From the IMG/VR virus record IMGVR_UViG_3300027969_000088: a stretch of DNA of 64,000 bases; one strand, 5' to 3'. The stretch's first letter is position 1, and the number at the start of each line of letters is the position of its first letter. The notes below the pieces were generated by a model. It was given only the letters and a program-made list of their open reading frames with translations. It made no database searches and was not told the origin of the DNA. Of this stretch, positions 57,594-64,000 are shown one piece after another. Both the position numbers and the translations under genes were made by a program. This stretch comes from an uncultured virus (IMG/VR IMGVR_UViG_3300027969_000088). Taxonomy: Duplodnaviria; Heunggongvirae; Uroviricota; Caudoviricetes.

Positions 57594-58295
57594 ATGAATA
57601 TAAAAACTTTATTAGCCGATGGCAAGACCAATGCCAAAACCAAAAAGAACGTGCGTCCTACGGGTATGCTCTATCTACACCCCTCTATAGTAGAGGGTAA
57701 AGATATGTGTCCCTTTGCTACTGTCAATTGTCGAGCTGCTTGTCTTAATACAGCCGGTATGGGTGCTTGGAGCAATACACAATTAGCACGTCTCAATAAG
57801 ACTAAGTACTACGTATCAGATAGACAAAAGTTCTTGGCTCAACTCTCTATAGAGATTAATAAGATGGCAAGAAAGTATTCATCTGAGACCCTTGCCATAC
57901 GTCTCAATGGTACAAGCGACCAACCTTTAGTAGAGCAAATTGTCAAGGACTTTACAATTGCCGACAACGTAGTGTTCTATGACTACACAAAGAATCACAA
58001 AAAGGCTGGAGAACGTACCTTTCTAAGTGGTCACAAGTATGTAGTCACATATAGCCTACACGAAAATAATATCGAGTCGTTTCAGTATATGCTCGACAAC
58101 AAACTATGTAATGGTGCTGTAGTATTCAACCTCAAACCTAATCAGCCTATGATTACTGAATGGCGTGGTTTCCCCGTGGTAGATGGTGACGAGCGTGACG
58201 ATCTTATGCTCGACATACCCAAGGGTACTATCTTAGGACTCAGAGCCAAAGGTAAGGCAAGAAAAGATACTTCGGGCTTTGTTATTCATCTATAA
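57594..58295 (+). CDS. gp88-like protein (CPxAxxxCxxxC, radical-SAM-like fold)
   Basis: MCPFATVNCRAACLN, IRLNGTSD, FYDYTK, DGDERD, LRAKG. Confidence 0.8.
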   Translation: MNIKTLLADGKTNAKTKKNVRPTGMLYLHPSIVEGKDMCPFATVNCRAACLNTAGMGAWSNTQLARLNKTKYYVSDRQKFLAQLSIEINKMARKYSSETLAIRLNGTSDQPLVEQIVKDFTIADNVVFYDYTKNHKKAGERTFLSGHKYVVTYSLHENNIESFQYMLDNKLCNGAVVFNLKPNQPMITEWRGFPVVDGDERDDLMLDIPKGTILGLRAKGKARKDTSGFVIHL

Positions 58296-58314
58296 CCCCC
58301 AAAACACTCATCAT

Positions 58315-58497
58315 ATGACTACATCAATTAAATTTGGCGATTTCGTGAAAATGATTTCGCCTACAGACATTAATCAAGTCTACATCGTTATAGGTGTAGA
58401 CTCACAACAAGCAACTATAGAAGAACTCTATACCGATGCTATGTACCCACAAACACACAATGTACAACTAAACCAAATCTACAAATATGACTTTTAA
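58315..58497 (+). CDS. hypothetical protein
   Basis: ATG at 58315, KOW/SH3-like IKFGDFVK. Confidence 0.55.
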   Translation: MTTSIKFGDFVKMISPTDINQVYIVIGVDSQQATIEELYTDAMYPQTHNVQLNQIYKYDF

Positions 58498-58663
58498 CGA
58501 ATTTACAACGTGGTGCAAAGGCAAGATTGTTATGCACCCAGACAAGAAACAAGACATCATCGAATTCCATTCATTAGCACATAGCGAAATCGCTGATGGT
58601 GGTAGTGAACAACACGAAATCGACTTAGCAATGAACGACATAAACGACTTAATCAATGGATAA
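58487..58663 (+). CDS. 58-aa hypothetical protein
   Basis: MTFNEFTTWCK...GGSEQHEIDLAMNDINDLING; below the ORF-track cutoff. Confidence 0.6.
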   Translation: MTFNEFTTWCKGKIVMHPDKKQDIIEFHSLAHSEIADGGSEQHEIDLAMNDINDLING

Positions 58664-58831
58664 CACTTTATTAAACGCAAAACAATGGTTCGAGTCTATG
58701 GGCTACGAAGTTAATATATTTGTAGGTTCACTATACCTACAATTAGAAAGTTGCTCAGTAGAATTATCTCAACGTGAGATTGAAGGCAGAGCACAACAAT
58801 GGATTGATGAATTAGATAGAGAAGATTAAAT

Positions 58832-59485
58832 ATGAGACCCTTAAATATATTAGTTGCTTGTGAGTACTCAGGTGCAGTACGCCAAGCGTTTAGAAAGTTA
58901 GGACACAATGCAATATCTTGTGACCTCTTGGAAGCCGAAGACAATAGCCCGTATCATCACACGGGCGATGTCTTTCAAATTATCAATGCCAATCCTATGA
59001 ATGGTCAGCCGTGGGACTTAATGATAGCACACCCACCTTGTACGGATCTGGCAGTAAGTGGTAGCCGTTGGTTTCCCGAAAAGATAGCAGATGGTAGGCA
59101 AGAACGAGCACTACAATTTGTACGTGACCTTATGGATGCACCCATAGAGCATATCCTTATAGAGAATCCTATTAGTGTTATCTCCTCTAAGATTAGAAAG
59201 CCTAATCAGATTATTCAACCGTGGCAGTTCGGAGACCCATTCCAAAAGTCTACTTGTCTATGGCTAAAGAATCTACCATTGTTAGCACACACTAAGATAG
59301 TAGACAAAGGAGAATTCAAAGAATGGATTGACAAGAAAACCGGTAAGACTAAACGCCAAGCAACGTGGTACTATGAAGCTTTCAAACGTGGCAAAGAAGA
59401 CAGATGGAAAGATCGATCACGTACCTTTCAAGGTATAGCCGATGCCATAGCCGACCAATATTCTAATTATATTTTAAATAAATAG
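58832..59485 (+). CDS. C5-cytosine DNA methyltransferase-like protein
   Basis: LVACEYSG, AHPPCT, IENP, RSRTFQGIADAIADQ. Confidence 0.85.
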   Translation: MRPLNILVACEYSGAVRQAFRKLGHNAISCDLLEAEDNSPYHHTGDVFQIINANPMNGQPWDLMIAHPPCTDLAVSGSRWFPEKIADGRQERALQFVRDLMDAPIEHILIENPISVISSKIRKPNQIIQPWQFGDPFQKSTCLWLKNLPLLAHTKIVDKGEFKEWIDKKTGKTKRQATWYYEAFKRGKEDRWKDRSRTFQGIADAIADQYSNYILNK

Positions 59486-59517
59486 TAAATTATAATAAAT
59501 TATAATATATTTGAACA

Positions 59518-59976
59518 ATGAAACAACAGACTAAATTCAAAGTAGCAGTAAGAAAATACCCTATAGAGTATTCAAGAGAAGGTACTATAGGTCTGATGCA
59601 AGAAAAATGGGAACGATTACGTGACGATAATGGTATCATTCAATATCACTACGCTTACCGACCAGAAGAAGGACAAGTATTCTACACTATACAACCTACA
59701 CTAAAGAAATGTCGTGCACAAAGGAATGAAGTTTTATTGGAAAGATTATTAAAGTGTGGTTATGATATAAACAAAGAACATATAATGTTAGCGTTCGGAG
59801 AATCTATATGGTGGTATCCACTTAAAACGGGTGGTAGATTCATATACGATTGGAACGAGGCAATTGGTATTGCTATGGCTAATGGTGTTACTGTAAGATT
59901 AAAGTTAGGCGATTTAGAATGGGATAACTTAGACGATCCTAATGCTACTCGCTATTGTATGAGAACAAAAAAATAA
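59518..59976 (+). CDS. hypothetical protein
   Basis: 152-aa ORF with TATATTTG 4 nt upstream. Confidence 0.7.
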   Translation: MKQQTKFKVAVRKYPIEYSREGTIGLMQEKWERLRDDNGIIQYHYAYRPEEGQVFYTIQPTLKKCRAQRNEVLLERLLKCGYDINKEHIMLAFGESIWWYPLKTGGRFIYDWNEAIGIAMANGVTVRLKLGDLEWDNLDDPNATRYCMRTKK

Positions 59977-59984
59977 ATATAGAT

Positions 59985-60254
59985 ATGACAAAATTATTAG
60001 TAAAAGACGCAATCGAAATCATTAAGAGTAAGAGATTTTTCTCTGCTGTGTTCACAAAGAAAGATGGTACTACACGCTACATCTATGGTAGGTATGGTGT
60101 GAAGAAACATCTGAAACCCAATGCTAAACCCCAAGCCTATAACCCATCAGAACGTGGTTACTTGACTATATGGGATATGCAGAAAAAAGAATATAGATTA
60201 ATAAACACCCAAACACTCACCGTTATAAACCACAAAAAAATATATGTTAAATAA
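59985..60254 (+). CDS. WYL-like SH3 beta-barrel protein
   Basis: FFSAVFTKKDGTTR...IWDMQKKEYRLIN. Confidence 0.75.
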   Translation: MTKLLVKDAIEIIKSKRFFSAVFTKKDGTTRYIYGRYGVKKHLKPNAKPQAYNPSERGYLTIWDMQKKEYRLINTQTLTVINHKKIYVK

Positions 60255-60495
60255 ATTAATAAACTTTAAAATTGAAGTTGCTTACGCTCTTAAAGAGTAT
60301 CCGGAAATAACTGAAGAAATCAATAATATACACGACTATTGTATGTTGTTTATGACTGACGGCTTAGTAATATTTAGCAACGAATTAGATATTGCTCTCA
60401 ATGATTTAGAAGAGTTAATAGAAAGAAACAAAGAAGTCTCCAGTCATACTGATTGGAGTACTGAGTACGAAACAATTTACGAAAGAGACTTATAA
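60244..60495 (+). CDS. acidic hypothetical protein
   Basis: 83-aa ORF within the early operon. Confidence 0.65.
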   Translation: MLNKLINFKIEVAYALKEYPEITEEINNIHDYCMLFMTDGLVIFSNELDIALNDLEELIERNKEVSSHTDWSTEYETIYERDL

Positions 60496-60497
60496 TT

Positions 60498-60716
60498 ATG
60501 CAAAAAACATTTAGAATCGGAGAATCTGCAATCGGTGGTATTGTAGTAGTTAAGACACGTCCTAAAAACGTGTATGAAGTTACTTGCTTAGACTGGTATA
60601 CAAAAGAAAAAGTTCAATGGAGATTTGTATACGGACTCGAAGAACTTAAAGATTATTTAACGGACATTAGCACATACTATTGGGCTGATAAAATAACAAA
60701 ACACTTTAAAAAATGA
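60498..60716 (+). CDS. hypothetical protein
   Basis: KTFRIGESAIGGIV...YYWADKI. Confidence 0.7.
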   Translation: MQKTFRIGESAIGGIVVVKTRPKNVYEVTCLDWYTKEKVQWRFVYGLEELKDYLTDISTYYWADKITKHFKK

Positions 60717-60886
60717 AATATACTATAGAACAAATCGATGCAATGCTGTACGCATTAGACGATGCAATTTATGAATCAGAATTAAAACTGAACATTGAAG
60801 ACGATAACGAGTTGAGAGATGCTCACATTGAACAATTAAGACAATTAGATAACATATTTAACTTATTAAACGATTTAAAATTATGA
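60713..60886 (+). CDS. 57-aa acidic hypothetical protein
   Basis: ATGA-coupled at both ends; below the ORF-track cutoff. Confidence 0.6.
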   Translation: MKYTIEQIDAMLYALDDAIYESELKLNIEDDNELRDAHIEQLRQLDNIFNLLNDLKL

Positions 60887-61230
60887 AACACACAATTATA
60901 ACAGAAGTAGAAAATTCCGATATAAACATTGTAATGTTTATCGAAGACCACGCATTGGTAGGTATTAATTATTGGTTTGGACTCGGAGACCCACTCGGTC
61001 CAGAACTAAGTGACTTTTTTGGTAAACCTGATCGAATCTTATTCGATTATGTTAAAAGGTATTACAACAATGCAGAATATGACGTTGATTACTTTTTTCC
61101 ATCGCCAGATTTTGACCATCAAGTAAAAAGATTAGATGGTATTATGTCTGCTATGCATCAAGTAAACTTTATCGAGGAGCAGATAAGCGAATTGCAATTA
61201 ACAATTAAAAACTTAATGGAGAACTTATAA
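60883..61230 (+). CDS. hypothetical protein
   Basis: 115-aa ORF. Confidence 0.7.
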   Translation: MKHTIITEVENSDINIVMFIEDHALVGINYWFGLGDPLGPELSDFFGKPDRILFDYVKRYYNNAEYDVDYFFPSPDFDHQVKRLDGIMSAMHQVNFIEEQISELQLTIKNLMENL

Positions 61231-61232
61231 AT

Positions 61233-61592
61233 ATGGGACGTTATTATTCAGGGGACATCGAAGGCAAGTTTTGGTTTGCTGTCCAATCATCAGGTTGTGC
61301 TGACCGTTTTGGTAGCATTGGTTATGAACCTTCTTGCATTGAATACCATTTTGACTTCGAACATTTGTCGGGAGTAAAAGAAGAGATTCAAAATATAGAA
61401 GAAAAGTTAGGAGACAAGAAACAAAAGTTAGATGACTTCTTCGCAGAAGTAATTAGTTACTCAGACAAATCGATTGCAGATTTAGGAGTTACTAAAGATG
61501 ACTTATCAGAGTATGCTGATCTACTGATGGGTTATAAAATTAGAGATTGTATTGAAGACACGGGAGCGTGTAGTTTTACTGCTGAATTATAA
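61233..61592 (+). CDS. hypothetical protein (MGRYYSGDIEGKFWF family)
   Basis: Recognisable phage N-terminus and C-terminal CSFTAEL. Confidence 0.75.
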   Translation: MGRYYSGDIEGKFWFAVQSSGCADRFGSIGYEPSCIEYHFDFEHLSGVKEEIQNIEEKLGDKKQKLDDFFAEVISYSDKSIADLGVTKDDLSEYADLLMGYKIRDCIEDTGACSFTAEL

Positions 61593-61614
61593 TAAACAAT
61601 TTAAAAATAAACAT

Positions 61615-61860
61615 ATGAGACAAGTAACAATTAAAGTACAACGTACTTACACCAAAGAAGCACAGGTAACTATTGAGTTACCTGACAATGTAGTATTAGA
61701 CTATGTAGATGATTATCTACTTGCAAATCAAGGATTGTATGAGAATAGAATTCAATATGCAATGGATAAGCAAGAACATTCTTTTGACGATGAAACAATA
61801 CGTTATGATGTTACCGAAGAAGTAACAGAACGTAGACATATCTGGGGAGGTACATTATGA
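61615..61860 (+). CDS. hypothetical protein
   Basis: ATG at 61615; ends WGGTL. Confidence 0.65.
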   Translation: MRQVTIKVQRTYTKEAQVTIELPDNVVLDYVDDYLLANQGLYENRIQYAMDKQEHSFDDETIRYDVTEEVTERRHIWGGTL

Positions 61861-62414
61861 AAATAGAAACTTATTGCCCACTATTCCCCGGCTTTTATGG
61901 TACAATATTCGAGCCGAACGAAGAGAATGAAATCGAATATCACAACGATGAGAACGATACTGAATTATCCTATGATGATTTTGAATTTGACTATACTGAC
62001 TACCAAGAAAGAGTTGCCCGTGCATTTGTAAATTCTTTTGAGGTAGAGTTTCAAGATGTTATGCCAGTGGAGATTAACTATCAAAGCATATCAAGTCCTC
62101 AGTATTATAATTTCTCCAATGATTCAATTAACATTGAGGTTGACCTTGACTTTGATAAATTTATGCAGATTGTAAATGATAACAAGGACAATCTCAAAAA
62201 ATACATTCGTGATAACTACACATCTCGTGATGGCTTTAATTCATTCCATTCTAATGATATCGAAGATTGGTGCGACCCAGAATATGTATTGGAGAATTTA
62301 TCTCATCGTGTTGGTGCTTTAATGGAAGCTTTGCTCCTAACAATTGTTAATCAAGATGATATCTACCATTGGGCAGAAAGTGAAATGTTCTACCTTAATT
62401 ATAAAGTAAAATGA
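61857..62414 (+). CDS. highly acidic early protein
   Basis: FPGFYGT...SPQYYNFSND...YTSRDGFNSF; D/E-rich. Confidence 0.75.
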   Translation: MKIETYCPLFPGFYGTIFEPNEENEIEYHNDENDTELSYDDFEFDYTDYQERVARAFVNSFEVEFQDVMPVEINYQSISSPQYYNFSNDSINIEVDLDFDKFMQIVNDNKDNLKKYIRDNYTSRDGFNSFHSNDIEDWCDPEYVLENLSHRVGALMEALLLTIVNQDDIYHWAESEMFYLNYKVK

Positions 62415-62680
62415 AAATAGAAGAAATAACAGCAAAACTAAACGAGAAAGGATATGTATATCCCGATTGTTTACGATGGACTACGGGAGATATCAATCTC
62501 CGGTTGTCAGCAATGGATAGACAAGATGACTTAAAGTTTATGACTGAAGACGATAAGATGATGTTATTAGAAAATTTCTTTGATGCATATGCTGATGACA
62601 TTATGGAATTCATTAACCAAAAATTAGAACAAGACCTTGAGTCTTATACGGATTACCAAGTAACAAAACAACCATTTTAA
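62411..62680 (+). CDS. acidic hypothetical protein
   Basis: 89-aa ORF. Confidence 0.7.
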   Translation: MKIEEITAKLNEKGYVYPDCLRWTTGDINLRLSAMDRQDDLKFMTEDDKMMLLENFFDAYADDIMEFINQKLEQDLESYTDYQVTKQPF

Positions 62681-62682
62681 TT

Positions 62683-63309
62683 ATGAAAGTATTAGAATTA
62701 TTCGCAGGTTCACGCAGTATCGGTAAGGTATGCGAAGAGATGGAGTACAGAGTATTCTCATCGGATTGGACACAATTTGACGGCATAGACTATGCTGTAG
62801 ACATTAATCAGTTTGATACGGAGAAAGTGCCATTCATTCCAGATGTTATATGGGCATCTCCTCCTTGTACAACATTCTCTGTTGCTTCTATAGGTAAACA
62901 TTGGCATCCAAATCGGAGACCCAAATCTAACGATGCATTGATAGGCTTAGAAATTCTTAAGTCTACTATCAATATTATCAATCAGTATAAGAAACTTAAC
63001 CCTAACCTTATATGGTACGTTGAGAATCCTCGTGGTATGATGCGCAAGATGGAGTTATGGAATGATTTATTTCACGTCCGTAATACTGTGACCTATTGTC
63101 AGTACGGAGACACACGAATGAAACCTACTGATATATGGACAAACAATTTCGATTGGACACCTCGCCCAGCGTGTAAGAATGGTATGCCTTGCCATGTATC
63201 TGCACCTCGTGGTAGCACTACTGGTACACAAGGTTTAAAAGGTAGTTACCTACGATCTCAAGTACCATATGAATTATGTAAGGAAATAATAAATGCTACA
63301 AAAATATGA
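62683..63309 (+). CDS. C5-cytosine DNA methyltransferase
   Basis: VLELFAGS, WASPPCTTFS, YVENPRG, YCQYGD..KPTDIW, RSQVPYELC. Confidence 0.9.
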   Translation: MKVLELFAGSRSIGKVCEEMEYRVFSSDWTQFDGIDYAVDINQFDTEKVPFIPDVIWASPPCTTFSVASIGKHWHPNRRPKSNDALIGLEILKSTINIINQYKKLNPNLIWYVENPRGMMRKMELWNDLFHVRNTVTYCQYGDTRMKPTDIWTNNFDWTPRPACKNGMPCHVSAPRGSTTGTQGLKGSYLRSQVPYELCKEIINATKI

Positions 63310-63683
63310 CAACTATAATTAATAAACTAAAAGACATGGGTTATATAGTATATAACCCTTACAACAATTCATTAGAGAGACCTCGATACATTGTACCTTT
63401 AAATGAATTTGACACAGAAGAAATTGATAAACTAACCGTGGAATTATATATCGATAGTTTAGAGTTAATCAAAAAAGAATTACCGGATGAATATGGCACG
63501 ATTAAAAACTTTAAGCAACATTTATTCTTTGACATAAATGCCGATGGTTCGTTTTATGAATGGACTTGTGATTTGGCTTATGAGTGTATAGATGATGCGA
63601 TTGCTGTTGCTCGTGAATTAAACATCGAAGAAATATGGGATTGTGACGATGGCACTAATATATATGTAGATGAAACAGATTGA
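63306..63683 (+). CDS. acidic hypothetical protein
   Basis: 125-aa ORF. Confidence 0.7.
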   Translation: MTTIINKLKDMGYIVYNPYNNSLERPRYIVPLNEFDTEEIDKLTVELYIDSLELIKKELPDEYGTIKNFKQHLFFDINADGSFYEWTCDLAYECIDDAIAVARELNIEEIWDCDDGTNIYVDETD

Positions 63684-63954
63684 TGCATTTGTACCAAAAG
63701 AAATTTATGATGACTTTGTTAAGAAACACAAAACACATAAAGGCGCATTAGATTATTTATCTATAGCATTAGAACATAGAATTACTGCACAAAGATATTT
63801 AATCAATCGTGATTTGATTACGCAAGTAAATCATATTAAAATTAATATACCAATCAAAGAACATTTAGTTCCTTATTTGAATGAATATTGTTTGATTAAA
63901 GGTATTACTAAACAAGAACTATTAGTTAAAATTATGTTAAAAAGAAGAGTATGA
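63670..63954 (+). CDS. hypothetical, possibly ribbon-helix-helix
   Basis: KINIPIKEHLVPYLNEYCLIKGITKQELL. Confidence 0.6.
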   Translation: MKQIDAFVPKEIYDDFVKKHKTHKGALDYLSIALEHRITAQRYLINRDLITQVNHIKINIPIKEHLVPYLNEYCLIKGITKQELLVKIMLKRRV

Positions 63955-64000
63955 AAGCAATAGGATACATTAGAGTAAGTACTGATATGCAAGCTGACAA
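63951..64000 (+). CDS. serine recombinase/resolvase, 5' end only (truncated by the window edge)
   Basis: MKAIGYIRVSTDMQAD contains the YxRVST catalytic serine motif. Confidence 0.8.
   Translation, partial: MKAIGYIRVSTDMQAD

Noticed and set aside
58683..58705. GGTTCGAGTC T-loop-like sequence
   Set aside because: Lies in a probable small ORF starting at 58656 (QWFES) and lacks a convincing acceptor stem
1..64000. Genome-wide stop-codon reassignment (TAG or TGA), as in some crAss-like phages
   Set aside because: The standard code gives full-length genes throughout, TGA and TAG both end coupled genes, and no suppressor tRNA is visible; the MTase TGA is an isolated case

Overview
This 64 kb window is a gene-dense, AT-rich segment of a tailed dsDNA phage of Bacteroidota, with Crassvirales-like architecture and the standard genetic code. 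Layout: (+) primase-helicase and family-B DNA polymerase (1-4.5 kb). (-) A long late block (4.5-48.5 kb) with terminase, class II RNR, MazG, a cluster of tiny basic proteins, tail fibres, lysis genes, three ejected cargo proteins including a 3254-aa polyvalent protein, muzzle and ring proteins, major capsid and portal. (+) SSB, YqaJ exonuclease, a two-frame C5 methyltransferase, ferritin-like and GroES-like genes, an array of tRNA-like RNAs, a ~1.9 kb non-coding control or terminus region, then small early genes ending in a truncated serine recombinase. Most notable observations: (1) ART-, methyltransferase- and kinase-like cassettes in the giant virion protein are each bounded by a repeated NK[G/A]Q motif just downstream of a HEXXH protease, suggesting a self-processing effector polyprotein. 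(2) Several tRNA-shaped RNAs have their anticodon loop replaced or removed. (3) An in-frame CCG-TGA-CCA lies at the methyltransferase catalytic motif, where a 6-nt ribosomal hop would restore GGFPCQ. (4) A ~450-nt structured RNA candidate precedes the early genes. (5) There is a patchwork array of operator-like palindromes. (6) CTGAGNCC is strongly over-represented. All calls come from reading motifs by eye; no database searches or folding programs were run.
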